From contig NC_134481.1 of NCBI RefSeq assembly GCF_964194025.1, positions 17,112,001 through 17,176,000 on the forward strand: 64,000 bases of DNA, read 5' to 3'. Shown here piece by piece: positions 14,701 through 29,700 of the stretch. The notes below the pieces were generated by a model. That model was not told the DNA's origin and did no database searches. It was given only the letters and a program-made list of their open reading frames with translations. The stretch's first letter is position 1, and each line of letters opens with the position of its first letter. The DNA comes from Convolutriloba macropyga. Its lineage: Eukaryota. The position numbers and the translations under genes were made by a program.

Positions 14701-17700
14701 CTGAAACTTTCACGTGGTACCATCATTGCAGCCAGCATTAATAATTGTGGTTTCTGCGTAATCGCAGCGGAACAGCATTAGGCCTACAGTAGCCTGTTTT
14801 CAGCTGCCCTTTTTCTTATTATTGCCCACACTTCAGACTGATCTTTTTATGTCTGAATTGTGGGGAATAATAAGAAAAAGGGCAGTTGAAAACAGGCTAC
14901 TGTAGGCCTAATGCTGTTCCGCTGCGATTACGCAGAAACCACAATTATTAATGTTGGCTGCAACATTGGTCAGGCTATGGTCAACCTGAAGCTATGGTTA
15001 AGTAAGAGCTCATCCTCACAAAAACAGCTTCACTGAGGCAGGGGATCGAACTAACGATCATTGGGGTGTCAATCACACACCTTACCTCTCGGCCATCACG
15101 CCAAATGACATGAAGCCTAATTTGTGATTAATTACAGAATTGCCCCTCTCGATACTAATTGTGGATTAAGAAGAGAGTTATTTGTTTTGAAATTTCACGC
15201 AGACCTGTCTTTTTTGTTCTTGCATATATCACGCTTGGTTGATCATTCATCGCCATAGCCAAACAAGAATTATTGTTCGGTTTAAAGGATTCCACAATCT
15301 CCATTTTCCCACTACAAAATGCAACTAATACAAAACGAAGAAACACTGAAATTTAAATTAAATTTTTCACGAATGTTTGTGTTCAGAACGATAGTTTTTT
15401 AAGCCTATAGCATCTGTTCAATTAATCCTTTTTCCTGTGTTAAAAAAACAAAGCAGTTGAACATAAGTTTCCTATTACAATAGATAAAATGACATTAAAT
15501 CATAGTTTTTTTCGATTCAAATTTTTCTTTTTTTGGGAACTTTACCGTACACTTTTCTGTAGAAATAGCGCCGTCGTACAAAATTTAAAATGGATTTAAA
15601 ATGCCTTGCTTAAACATTTCTAGCAATTTCTGTTTCAATAGTTAAAAATGAACTGCCCATTAAATATAGTCGCAACAAGATTTTAAATTGTGTTTTTAAA
15701 AAATGGTTCCAAATTCTTTGTGAATTACAGAGCGCTAAATTATCTGTTGCAGTGGGTTCTTGTCTACACATTGCAGTAGTCATTTGATTTTGGTTTCTCT
15801 TCACGTCTCAAACAAATCATGGCAGAGTATCTCTATTTTCTTCGTACGTTTTTATCTTTCTACATAAATTATTCCCAGAAACAGTGATGGATTAAGAATG
15901 CAAAAATATTGAACTGAGCTTTAAAATACTGCGGAAACATAATCCCATTTTAGATTTATTTGCCAGAAATTCAAAGAGGAAACTATAATGCAAAATGGTT
16001 TACTTAAAAAACAGGTACAATCGTTTGATCATTGTAGATTGCACATCTAAGACGCATCCAACCAATATTATATTTTTTCATTAAGTTATGGATTTTAATT
16101 TTTCAATTACCTGTAAATTTTGGACAAATGGCTGAAAAAACGAACAGAAGCTTCCTAAATTCCTCATTAAAAGAAATATTTACTATTTGCTTGCCTAGTC
16201 AGTGCTTCTGCACTTTTTTAGTTGTTATGCAATTAACACGAATTTTATTACTTTCAAAAATTTTTTGCATCTAATAATGAAATGACGCCCACTCATACGC
16301 CCCAAAATCGCCTGATTTTTGATACATTAACCATTTACCAAATGTAAACTGTAAATATATTATTTATATTTCAGACTATATATACAACTGATTTTTGTTA
16401 AAATCTTCACTCTTCTTTTCTCTTTTGAATCTCCTAAAATTAATTTATCTTATTCTCTCTAACAACTTCTGAGCTTAAACAGCTTCAATCTCTAATTTGC
16501 CGAAACTCGTCTCGCCTCATCGGGGTTGTTGCGCTACCGTGTCCTTAATCCTGCTAACAGGTTATGGGCCTAGCCATCAGACCGTTGATACTCTAATAGA
16601 GCTTTGGTTGAGATTGTAGTGTCAGTGGTGGCAGTTTTAGCTCTTCTAGATTCACGAGAGTTTTAAGATATAATATTTGAGATTTCCCTCGTGTATAAAA
16701 CTAATTGAGAATTTTTGATAGAAAAGTTGAAGTTTAAACTTCATAATGGAACCATCAAACAATAGTTTGAAGTTGATGGCATTTAGTGGGTTGGCAGAGG
16801 ACTACCCAACATGGAGCACTCGTTTCTCTACCTTTGCACAAACCTATGGCCTCTTCAAAACGCTCACAGACACAGTTGAGCTACCTGACAGGCCGACACC
16901 ACTGAGGGAAGATACCAATAATGCTCAAATGCGAGAACAGACTCAAGCTAGAGCTACAACTGTACAAGAAGATGAGAGCCGCAAAAATCAGATCTCGTGC
17001 TACTTGGCGGTGACATTAGACGCCAGTAGCTTCATGCTCATTTGTCATGACTGTGTGAACAACAGGGGTCTCGGCGATGGTCAGAAAGCGTGGCGAATTT
17101 TCCAGCAAAGCTTCAGAATCGACGAAATATCTAGTCATAAGTCTGATGAGGCAGTTCCCCAGACTACAACTTCGAGAGGACGAAACCATCCACCAGTACT
17201 TCATCAGAGCGCAAAAGTTGGTCACCCGCTTGCATCTCGCTCTTGGAAGCTTTCTGAGACGCTGCTTAATGAAATGGTATTGAACGGTCTTCTACAACGA
17301 TAAGAGCATTTTGTTGTGCAGGAGAGATTCAATCCTGCAAAGAACATTTTGGAACTGAGGAAGCGTCTCACCAAATTCCAAGAGAGCCGCAGACAGTAGA
17401 GATTATGTGGAGGAGGATCAGAACGTTGCTATGTCAGCAAAAAATGCTTCTCATCAAATTGGTATACACTCTTCATTCTAATCAGATCCTAGGAAGACCT
17501 TTTCTAAGCCTAGTAGTTCCAAAAACCCTAGATTGTGTTTTGTATGTAACAAACCTAAAATTTAGCAACTAGTTGTTACAAAAAGGACTACGCTGTACGT
17601 AGTATAGGCAAGGCTAAAGGCCACCTAGCAAGTGCATAAAGACTTCAACAAAAAAGTCATCATAAAGGCTGAGCATCCAGTTTAAGCGCTGAAAGCACAT

Positions 17701-20700
17701 TTGAAGTTTCAAAAACTAATTTAGTAATAGATTCAGGAAGTACTGATCACATGATGATACTAAAACATGGTTTAAAAATCACCAAAAACTAGAAACCACA
17801 GTTAACAATCCAGATGGAGGGAAAACAAAAGTTGAAGGGATAAGAGATATAGATGTGGAAGCCCGAGACACAAAAGGTGTGCTAAATAAACTGACTTTTG
17901 AAAAAGCTCTGCATGTATCAGAGTACAAAACAAACTTAACTTCAGTTTCAAGTTTAGTTCAAAAGCAATACGGAGTATTTCACACAAAAGCTAAGTCAGT
18001 GCTAAAATTCAGAAGCAAAGAAAGCTTCAGACTGATAAGAAGAGGAAAATTGTTCTTCTTACAATACAGAAAAAAAACAAGCACCATTTTTCAAACTTAA
18101 GTGGACGCGCGTGTCAAGCAAAACTTTGACACAAAAGACTTGGACATTTGAACTATAGAGATGTAGCAAATACAACAGATGATGTTTCCCAAGCTTCAGA
18201 TTTCTGTGAAACTTGTCCTTAGGGAAAAATTTTGAAAAAGCCTGTTCCAAAAGTGAGTGATAACACAGCAACTCAAATACTAGAAAGAATTTAATGTTTA
18301 ATCTGACGTTAATGAACCAGTGAGTCCATCAAGTATAAGTGGCAACAGATATCCAATCAGTTTTACAGATGAATTCAGTGGCTATGCAGCAGTAGAATTT
18401 ATGAAATACAAAACGAAGGCATTGCAAACTTCCAAAGAGTATGTAGCCCAAAATGGCCGACCAAAAAATTTCCGAACTGATAATGGGACAGAATACAGAA
18501 AAGCCTGTAAAAAATTTTGCATAAGCAAAGAAATAGCTCGTGAATTTACAGTTCCTGAAACACCCGAGAAAAATGGTGTTGCAGAACGTTTTAATAGAAC
18601 CGTAGTAAAGGCTACAAGATGCCTTCTAATAGATTCAAAATTGACAAAAATCTGTTGGGTTCGAGCTGTAGATAAAGCTTGTTATGCTAGAAATTTGGTT
18701 GTGAAAGACAAAAATACAAAGTCAGTCTTCAAAAAATTTTTCGTTGGAAAACCGAGAACCCACCATCTAAAGATATTTGGCTGTGTAGCCCATTCAAAAC
18801 ATCGTGACGCCAGTGAAAAATCAAAGTTTTATCCAAAAGCAACAAAGTGCCTGCTCATTGGTTACTCTGATAACACAACAAATTATTTGTTGCAGAACAT
18901 AAAAACTAGGCAAATTTTCCCTTCTACAAAAGTTAGGTTCAATAAAAACAATCTAACAAGTTTTCATAATGAATACGAGGACATAGATGACAGCTTTCTA
19001 TATCTAGACTTAGACGAAATAAGAGAAAAACTTCAGGATATAAGCAACTCAAGCGATTCAAGTTCAGAGGTTGAGACAACTGAAACGGAGAGTTTTCAGA
19101 AAAATTTAAAAATGCTATTAATTCGGAACAAAAAGACAAATGCCTTGAAGTATTGAAAACAGAGATAGAGAGTTTAAATGAAACAGAAACTTGGGACTCA
19201 GGGCCAAAAGAAAAAGGACAAAATGTTATTCCTGGCCGGTGGATGGACAGAATTAAACATAACTCAAACAGAAACATCGATAAGTTTAAAGCTCTTTGTG
19301 CAGCAAAAGAATTTGAATAAAACAACAAATTGAGGAAAATGAATACTCGGATACTTTTGCTCCCACAAGCAAACCTGAAACCTTTAAAATTCTACTAGTT
19401 TTATCAGCTACCGAAAACTTCTTTTTAAAACAAATGGATGTAAAGCAGAGTATTTTCTTCCTAAAATGGACGAAGAAGTCTATTTAGAGGGAACAAAATG
19501 TTTCGAAAAGTTAGACAGCAATGGCAACAAGTTAGTTTGTTAACTAAAAAATCAATAAATGGACTGAAGCAAGCAACCAGAAACTGGTATCAGGAATTTT
19601 CTAATTCAGCAAGGTTTTCAGAGAAGTAAACACGATTACTGTCTTTTTCTAAAAACAAAGAAAATGAAAAATTCTTTCTAACCTGGGTTGATGACTTAGT
19701 CATAGCAGGAAATAGTCAAACATAGATCAAAAAATTGGAAAGTTCACTAGAATCAAAATTCTGAATGGACGACAGAAGAGATCTTGAATGGTTTCTTGGA
19801 ATGCGAATTCTAAAAACAGAAAAGGAATAACCTTAGATCAAGAAAAGTACACTCAAAACATTTTATAACAGTTCAATATGCAAGACTACAAACCAATTAA
19901 AACACCAATAGAAAATAACATGTAACTTGAAGTAGCTCGAAGAGATTCGGTAAGAGTTGATTCACCTGAGTTGAGAAGTCTAGTAGGTTCACTACTTTAC
20001 CTAGCTAAGCAAACTAGACCAAATATCATGTGGATCACAAATGTCTGATCACGATTCATGAACGACCCAACTGTTGAGCATTTTAATACTGACAAGCGCT
20101 TCTTGAGAAACCTGCAACACATTAAATCTCTTAGACTGTTTTTCCAATCAACCAGCAACAGCACTCTAGTTGGCGAAACAGATGCAGACTGGAGTGGAGA
20201 CGTGAATGATAGACGATCAACCTCATGATGCTATTTCAAGCTGGGAGACAGTGACGCATCTGTCATTTGGCAAGTCAAGAAGCAACCAATGTTGCCACTC
20301 CAATCTTGTGGGGCAGAATACCAGGGTTTAACTGCCGCGGTTCAAGAAGCCATTTTCTTTCGTGGTCTTCTTAAAGAATTTGGGTACGAACAGTGTGAAC
20401 CCACAACCAAAGGAGAGGACAACCAGAGTTGCATAAAGCTTGCAACTAACCCAGTGCTTCACATGAGATCAAAGAACACCGACACGAAATATCGTTTCAT
20501 CCTCGAACGAGTTGATGACAACTCAATCAAATTGATCTACACGCCAACAGATGAAATCGTAGCAGATCTTCTGATAAAATCTTCATCACAGCAGAAAATA
20601 GAACAATGTCGAGAACAACTATTGGGCAATTCCAAATTCCCACCTAGTGGCAACAATCTGAGTGGGGGTATTGGAGCACAGAAAAGAACTTAGAAATTAT

Positions 20701-23700
20701 CTTAGAGCTTAGAAACTTAACCTATGATAATAAACTGAGAAACAAAACAAACTTACCAGATTTATAATGACAACTGCAGCTATTAAATTAGAAAAAAATG
20801 TGAATCAGATTTGAACTGTATGTTTGTCAACTATTGATATCTATTTACTAATTTTGAAAGGGAAATGCAATTTTGTGAACGATCTCAAGTGAACTAAATT
20901 TTTGCATGCAATAATGAAATGACGCCCACTCATACGCCCCAAAATTGCCTGATTTTTGATACATTAACCTTTTAACAAATTTAAACTATCANNNNNNNNN
21001 NNNNNNNNNNNNNNNNNNNNNNNNNNNNNNNNNNNNNNNNNNNNNNNNNNNNNNNNNNNNNNNNNNNNNNNNNNNNNNNNNNNNNNNNNNNNNNNNNNNN
21101 NNNNNNNNNNNNNNNNNNNNNNNNNNNNNNNNTCTTCACTCTTCTCTTCTCTTTTCAATTTCCTAATTTCCGAAAATTAATTTATGTTATTTTCTTTAAC
21201 ATCTTTTGCGCTGAAATAGCTTCAATCTCTAATTTGCCAAAACTCGTCCCGCCTCATTTGTGTTGTTGCGCTACGGTGTCCTTAATTCTGCTAACACTAA
21301 GTATAACTCTGTCTTCTCTTTCCGCCCTGTTAAATTATTTTTTTAATTTTTCTATACAACGCATAAGCACATCAAAATATTGCCTACTTCAATAAGATAT
21401 AAGTTGCAGGGGTATTACCATGGGCAAAATCTTCTCTTTGGCTCCATAGGTACCGCGGAGGGAAATCGTTTGTTTCTGCTGTCAATAGATTTGTAAATAG
21501 TGGAATGGGACAAATTTAAAACGGTTTAATGAAAAAAGAAGCCAGGGAACTGTTCAATAAGCGCCGTCAGGGAACTGACTTAAACTATTGACTGCGTTTT
21601 GTTGTTTTGGGCTGCGCTTCAATGTTTTCCAAAAAAGGAGATGCTTAAGCGCCAAAAAGAGAAAAAGCTGTCATAGATAACTTATAGAATCGACAACACT
21701 GAGTTCCTCTTACTCTGGGGTGGGATTATGCCCAGTTTTTCCAGGAAATAATTTTTTCCACCAAAATTAAATAAAAAACTTTGAAAATTGAATAACTCTT
21801 CCAATAGGGGGCTTAGAAACGAATCAGAGGGGTTCAACAGCGTCCTGTTAGCGTCGAGTTTGTCTGATGTCTTTGCATCTCGTGAGCTTCTAAATTGTTC
21901 TCTTTCTCGACGACCAATTTTTCCTTACTACGAATATAAACTACTGGTCAAAGACATCTCAAGATCTACCTGGCCATATCTTGCTAATGCATCGTTTTCG
22001 TCGAGAAGTTTGTCGAGATGGCCAAGATGTTAAATGTCCTAACAAAAATATCAAGAAGTTTCGTTTCAATAGGACAACAATCTGCCAATCAGGGATATAA
22101 TTTTGCATGATTAGAAAACTAACCGGATCACACATGTTCTCACGTGACCCATAACTCGCACATTCACACGGTTGACAGCCATCAGGGTGTGAAATATTAA
22201 AATGGTTAGCTGCACATTGAGAACATTCTGCTCCGATCACATTCGGCTTACAGTAACAGCTGCCTGTGACGTCATCGCATGAACAACCAGATGGACCACA
22301 TGTTTTATCCAGGGTTCCCGACCTGTCGCATCTGCAAGCTGCAAAAAGAAACTTTGTGTTATACGAAGGAGGAAGCCATGAGTGACAAGTTATCTAGTAC
22401 CAGATTGACAATGACATAACAGGAAGTGACTGGAATGATAAAAGACAGATGAAATGTTGTTGCTTTTTGATAAAAGAAATTGCTGCGATGCGAACAAACG
22501 CTGTAGTCAGTAAACATAGGACCAAAAAATAAGCAGTACTTTTTGAGTAAAAGTTTTCGAAATGAAGCTATTTTCTAGAGACACCTTCAAAAGAGCGAAC
22601 CGATGACTCCAAGTTGAATTCAATACCTTTTCATTTTACATATTGTGGATAGATTCATTACACGGGACGTTTGAACAACAAATACTAATGATTTTTATTT
22701 TATTGTGCTGGTACTTCCCTGTATAAATTCTTCCGCGTAATACCAAATTTGGCGCTGGATAGTCAGCGAGCATAGCGTTATCGTCGACAGTACTTGCAGA
22801 CTCTATTAAATGGAAATGAGCACAGTTAGAGGAATTTTTGCAATTGAGAAGACGGAGACGTTAAAATTTGATAATTGACAGCAGAAAAATAGACTAAGAT
22901 GCTTTTTTGGATCTTTTCAACAATTGCCCCCCCTTTTGCAAAAGGGGGGCTATTCTTGAATAGAATTTAAGTGAGCCATTTATTAACCAATCAGAGACGA
23001 CTAATAACTTTCCACGCATGCACATATTATTAAACTGAATAGAATAAAATACACCGTGGTATAGCAATTAGCCGAACCGGAATACAAAGCGAAAAGAATT
23101 TCCGACTGGCGGGTCGGTGGGCTTCGCCGCGATAACCGACCCGCGATTTCCGGATTACATCCCACAGCGCATGAGAGGCATGGCCATGAACAGCGGTCCG
23201 CAATTGCGCTGAAACTATTATTCGGCTATCTGAACTGTAGGCCAAGTAATATCGTGGTAAAGTATACAACAGAGGGGGTGGCGATTCTCTACTAGGTACC
23301 AAAGGGGGGGGGGGGGTAGTTGTTGAAAAGATCCGCTTTTTTTTCAGGACACAAAACCATCACATTATATATTAAAAGTGTATTTTATGGGAAGTTTCAC
23401 ATTTTTCAAACTATTTGGCCATAATTCTTCACTTTTCCTGCACTCCAATTGAAGCAATCACTTTTTACAATTTATTACAAAAAATATCAATTTTTTTGTA
23501 AAAAAAGCTTTTTTTGATATTTCTTCGAAAAAAGCAGCTTAACCAAGCTCAACAAACAGCACGAAAAGCGTGAGAAATAATCTCTGCAAATGTGGCATTG
23601 GGTTAACTTTAGATTACTTTATTCCTCACCCGAACACCCTATCGTAGGGTCAGTTGGGTCCCCGAAGAACCCCTCTTTACACCTGTCACACTTATCACCG

Positions 23701-26700
23701 TCCGCACTGTTTCTGCACCCCAAACACACCCCACTTCTGCTGTCACACTTATGAACTGGGTCTAGTTCGTTCCCGTGGCATTCACATTCTCTGCACTGGA
23801 TACCAGCTGCCGGGTTGCCGAAGTAGCCGGGTGCACATTCCGTGCATAGGTCACCTTAAAAGAAGCGACTAGTATTTAGCTGGCACAAGGAACAAATTTA
23901 TTTGCCCGGGCCGAGGCCAAATCTTATTTTTACACTCTTTTCCCAGTTATTTTTGGTCAAAATCCTCGGCCCGGGTGCTGAAAACAATCTATAGGCATTT
24001 TGTTACCAAAACATCGAACAGAGAGCTTTAAGTTTTCGACAAGTCCTCACTAAGCAATAGGTGAAAATTTCGAATAGTTTAACTGAATTCGCTGCTTACT
24101 TAATAAAGACAAATTTCATCTTGTCCGGGAGAGAAATAATAGCTAAAATATCACTGCAGCAAAATGCGCCGTATTTTCTGGTGAAAATTGTAAACATCGC
24201 GCGCCTTATTAGTCTCTAAGCTGAAATTAGTGACCATTTTTTTAATCATGAGGACAGAACCCACCTTTGTATCCAGCTAGACATGAACATCTAACGGAGG
24301 AGGAGTCCTTGGAATCTACAGTGCATCCGGATGCGAAGAATGCGATGCTCTTGTTGAGTGAGTCCTGGAAGGTGCCTGGACACGAACAGGCTCTACAAGT
24401 TGCAGAAACTTCTGGGTTGGTTGCATCCAGGTAGTAACCATCCTCACACCTGGTGAAAATAAACCAGTAATAAGGTCCGAGAAATTGAAAACGGTATCTT
24501 ACTCTCAGATGCTGATCTGTTTGCTTATACTGGTTACCGAACTATTTCTAACGCATACCAGTTACTGAACTAATTGTTTTGAGTAAATTTTGATCTTGCT
24601 GTTGGTTTCCACGTTTTATATGCCTTTTTAAGATTAAAGTTGTGATTTTATTGTTCCATCTCTCCCTAAAATTTATTTGTGGGCTAGGAACTTTATGTAA
24701 AGCTGTCTTTTTACGTAAAATTAATTTTGGCCAATCTTTATATTTTGCGAAGACATACAAAAGTGGTTTCACTGAAAAACTCTTGAAAAACTGGATTGAT
24801 CTCTGGAGAAATATATCCATTTTTCTCATTTCTTGAAGAAAAAGGGAGGTTTAAAATTTTCAATTTTTCCCTTTCCTTTTCTACGTTTTTCACGATTCAA
24901 ATACGCTATAATTTGTGTACCTGTATAAAAAAGTAAGTAATAGGATCTGTTTATTAAATAGAAGTCCAATAATCAGATTAAAGTAGTTACAGAACTGTCT
25001 CAAAGAACAAAAAACGAATTCTATGATAAATGCATGTGATGTACGAACGATGAGGAAATTGTTGAGAAAACTGTTTATTTAATTTTTTGTTGACCAAAGA
25101 TAGTTATTGAATAAATAAAAAAAGTTTTCGAACAAAAAATTAAATAAACTCAAAATAAATTTTCTTTGCGGTTTGAATTTTGCCGTTGCAACATTGTGGT
25201 ATGCTTTCAAATAAGATGACAATCATATTTCATAGGAATTGCTTACAAATATTCGATCATCGGGCAATATTTGTTTTATCAGAGTAACTTTTCAGGTCGA
25301 AAATGTTTTAATTTACTAATAAAAAGTTGCTAATAATTTAAATTTACCAATGATTTACTAATAAAAAATGGAATCTTTTACAAACTAATTAGTCTTGAAA
25401 AGTTTAGGCAAAACGATGCAAAATTTTCTAGACTTCAGAACACGTATGCCTTTATCTGATTTCTAGCTGTATTCATTACATAATTTTATGACTTCATTTC
25501 ATAGACCACTTTTTATATATGTTGTGGAAGACTTTTTTATGCCATAAATAAACAATATTTGTAACCTTTAGCCATTTTCAGGCAATAAATACAATAAGTT
25601 TTTATAAGATTATCCCAGAGGTATATTAAAACTTCATTTTACCGTTGACATAATGAAATTGTTGAAAAAATACAAAGTAGACTCAGCCGCTCATAAATTC
25701 AAAATTTGATATTTAAATTGTCAGATTTTTGAAAATTGTTTTGGCTGGAAACTGTATTTTTTAATTTAGTTATTTTCTTCTTTCAACTATACTGTAGCCC
25801 ACGAAATACTGACTATACACCTTTAGCCAAATGAGAATACTGTTTTCTATTTTAGATAGCGCTTGCACGCCTGATTGTAGTCAGTCTAATAGATAGTTGC
25901 ACTATGTGTATACCATTGACTCCGGTGCTGTATTATATTACCACCGTAATATTGAAATTTATCAGTTAGACTTAGAGAACTAGGTAAGTCTACCTTGGGC
26001 GCAGAAAGAGGTAGCCCTAACTCTTTATACTTTAAGGCTGTAAAAGGAGCCCAACTAGGGTCTGCCTTAATACCATTAGTTGACGTGGATTTTTCGAAAC
26101 CGCTGTGTTATGTTTCGGAGGAGAAACTTGTTTCAGAAAAAATTGTTTTTCACGGAAATTATTTCCTTCTTTTTTAACGGTTAGAACCTTTAAATTAACT
26201 CGCACATAAGTTTACCCTAACTAACTTTAAATTCAACGTCAATCAAATTTTTATTTGTTTTGTATCTTCCGAGGCTGATTTAAACTTTAGAAAAACCAGC
26301 TTGACATTTTTTTTTAATAGATTTTGTATATTTTTTGGTGGCTCACAAATTCCAAAGAAAACAGAAGACTAAGTGGATGCTAAGATAAGATATCTAATGG
26401 TTTTACCAGAAAAATCAGCGTAGCTTCTGGAATAAAGTGAATCCAACTTGATTTTTCTCAAAAAAAATGGATAACATTTTTTGACTTTTCTCTGTGTCAC
26501 CAAAACTAAGAACTCTTTACAAAAGCGTATGTCATCATCCGACTGGTTGAATCATTATAAGCAAACGCAGACTACTTGCAAGATGGTGCATAATCTTACA
26601 AGACTCTTGCAAGATTCTTGCAAGATCTTGCAAGATAGCCGTCGGTATTAGACTAGGGTACGGATCCTTATTTTTCACTTTGTTCAAATCCCATATGAGC

Positions 26701-29700
26701 TGTTTAGGTTTACAAGAATTTAGAGAAGATTCACTCTTTAGAGAAGAATTTAAACTAAACTCTAGCAAGAAATTTGTGGGTCGATTTAAAATTATGGTAA
26801 TAATTAAGTCGAACTCAATTTTTTCCATGGGCCATTTTGGTCAAGCGCGGACTTTTCATCCCACTTTTCATTAGAGCATGATTTTTTTAATATAAATCTA
26901 AACCTGGAGGGTTGCTCTGATCAATTCAGATTGCATAGAGACTTCACTAACAATTCGCAATTAAAGCCAGCGCTATGTTGTGTACACTCCAAACATTTTC
27001 CCGACTCCGGATCACAAGAAGCCGATTTTCCGTTACACTGGCACTCGTCACACTTTGGGAATCCAAACCTTCCCTCCTCACACTCGTCACAGTTCTTGCC
27101 AGAGAATCCGGGCAAACACTGACAATCTCCGGTTTGAGGGTCGCAAAAGGTGCCTGGTTTAGTGCCCAACATGTTGCAGCTGCAATCTAAGAACGGAAAC
27201 TATTCTAAGTTTATGTTTTTTTATTTCAATTGCTGGCCGTTTAATTGATACGATAATAACTTCAATCTATTTTTGTGCAGCACTTCGAGATCATGTGTTG
27301 TTATATGGTTATAGGAGTTCTATCTACATGTATGCCTTTATAAATTCTATATAAGATATGGTTTCTAAGACGGGTAGAATGAAAAACGACAAATTGCAAT
27401 CCAATTAATGTTTTCACAGACTACATGTTTTGTTTCTGATGTTTTTGATTAAAATCCATACCCTGACATCCTTCTTTATGTGTAATGTTGTATGTGCCCA
27501 GCAGACATTGGTCACACTGCCGACCAATCACATTAGTCTTACAACCACACTGGCCTCCCATTGGTTCACACTGCTGCTTCTGGCTACCATCCTTAGTGCC
27601 AAATTTGTTGCAATCACAGCCTATAAAATGTTCACAGTAAAACACTAGGATGGCGTGAGGGTTTTTTCAAATAGGTTTTGTGATTGGCTTTTTTCGTTGT
27701 TGAACGCAGAATTAAGACAAAAAAATTCCCAACTTTTTGTCCAATGGGCATTTTCATGCTGGTCCTGCAAAAATTCTCTCAATTTATGTTTATAGTTTAC
27801 TTTTGAACCCACTGACCTTATGTGGCAAAGTATCTTACTCAATTTTTGGACGCATTTCATCAAGAGTGATCAATCATCATGTTTTGATTGTTTTTGTTTC
27901 CGTCAAATAAGATATTTCGTTCCTTTGTTTCATTCAATTTGCGAGCGGTTTTTTAAATAAAATTTCTGACGTTCTCCGCATAAAGTGTGTATGGAGCTTA
28001 ATTGAACTGATTTTCATTTCAGCTGGCAAAATATCAGCGTTGTTAAAAACACATGGAAAATGAACAAGTTTTCTGCGCAAGTAACATACTTTTTGCCCCA
28101 GTTCATTTGTCCATTCATAAGCTGTAAATGTCTAGCCGACAGAATTTATTAAAAAATTGAAGTGAACGAATAACGAGAGAGAACGGTTGACTTGAATACT
28201 TGCAAACTTGTATCAGCCGAAGTGTGCGATGGTATAAAGAGCAAACAACGATTAAGAACAGGCCATATTTAAGAATATTATGTGATTTTCAAATTATTTC
28301 CAGAAAACTGACTGCAGTTTGGAAAAAATAGCTTTGGAAAAAACATAGAGAAGCTTCATGAAAATGTCTTTCCTGTCTGAAAAGACCAATTACTAATTAT
28401 TTATTTTCAAATTGCAGTTTTTGCAAAAAATTTTGCTTGAAATTTGTGCATTAAAAAATTTAAATAATTTGCAGGTAATTTACCTGAATAATGTGAAGGT
28501 ATTCAATTTTCAGGAAAATTGTGCAGGTAAATTTTACCTGCATATGGCTTTACCTGCACAGTGTTCAGGTAAATTTACCTGTATATTAATTAGTGGTTGC
28601 TTGCTGAAGACAATCGGGTAAAACAGATATAGGTTTTAAAATGAGGTGATCTTGAAAGACTTTGTCATATTCTAGCTAGACTTTTGCTTGTTTAAAAAAT
28701 ATATCAAACAATTTTGAATGATTCTTGCAGAATACCATTTCAACAATATAGCAATATAAGCCGAAAAAAATTACAAAACTTACAGAAGACGTGGCGGGTA
28801 TACAGATGGTAGAGCTTCAAAAAATGGCTGACTTGTTCTTCGTTTTATATATAATTATTTGGGCTGCTCACTTGCGTGTGCAAACTTCAAACTTCAGAAG
28901 CTAAGCAAAGAGCGCAAAAAACTCCAAATTTCAGAAGCTAGACAAACAGAGCAAAAAATGTTCAATTAAAACGATCAATACAGGAGCCTTCAGCTATTAT
29001 CCACTATTAGTCAACATAAAACCTCTTAACCTTACACTTCAACAATTTTATACAGAAAAGTTTCCCAAACTTTTCAGTTGATTTTTTGCTGCATTACGGT
29101 ATCAAGTATTAGGGTGTCGGAGATAATTAGTGCCCAAAAATATAAAATTTGAAAAAAAGTTTATGAACTACTTAAGAGTTGAAAAAAACATTTTTTTAGA
29201 TTATACCAACCTTCAATTTACCTCATATACGTTGCGTGAAATTAATTATTAAATGCGGTTAAAAAGTTTGTTTAAAAAGTTTTGTTGATTTATGCATTGA
29301 ACAACTATCTCTAGGGCACCAGTTGACAAATGTCAGTAACCAGAAGAGTTGAAGGTGCAACTGAGTATGAGTGTTGCAAATTTTCAACACTAACATGAAT
29401 TCTTTGACATAAATAACTGAAAATATCAAATTTCAATAGACATTGTTACCAAATAAAAGAAAAATTACCACAGTCCGAATTCGTCTGACTATCACTGCGC
29501 AATGCTGTAAACTTAAGAAGACAATTTTTCCAGAAAGCATCTTGCAGGATTCTTACAAACGTAGGTGAGTTTTTTCTATGAAACATTGAACAGAATGGCT
29601 CACTTTTTGCTCCATTGTAGAGTTCAGCCTGAACTGCAATTGTATATTGGCGACATTTGTCATTCATCTTAGACATTGTCAATGGCCCACTCAGAAGAGA

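Larger units (their letters stand above)
16258..21296 (+). mobile_element. Decayed Ty1/copia LTR retrotransposon, antisense within a laminin intron
   Basis: 5' LTR (partial) about 16258-16559, PBS 16560-16573, gag from 16746 with two degenerate CCHC knuckles, protease IDSGSTDHM (17727), integrase (RTDNGTEY, PEKNGVAERFNRT), RT WVDD (19684), RNase H DADWSGD (20181), PPT 20660-20668, 3' LTR 20669-21296. The INT-RT-RH order is copia-type. Confidence 0.95.

Noticed and set aside
15030-15102. tRNA gene
   Set aside because: A and B boxes are present but the acceptor stem does not pair; it fits a SINE head better
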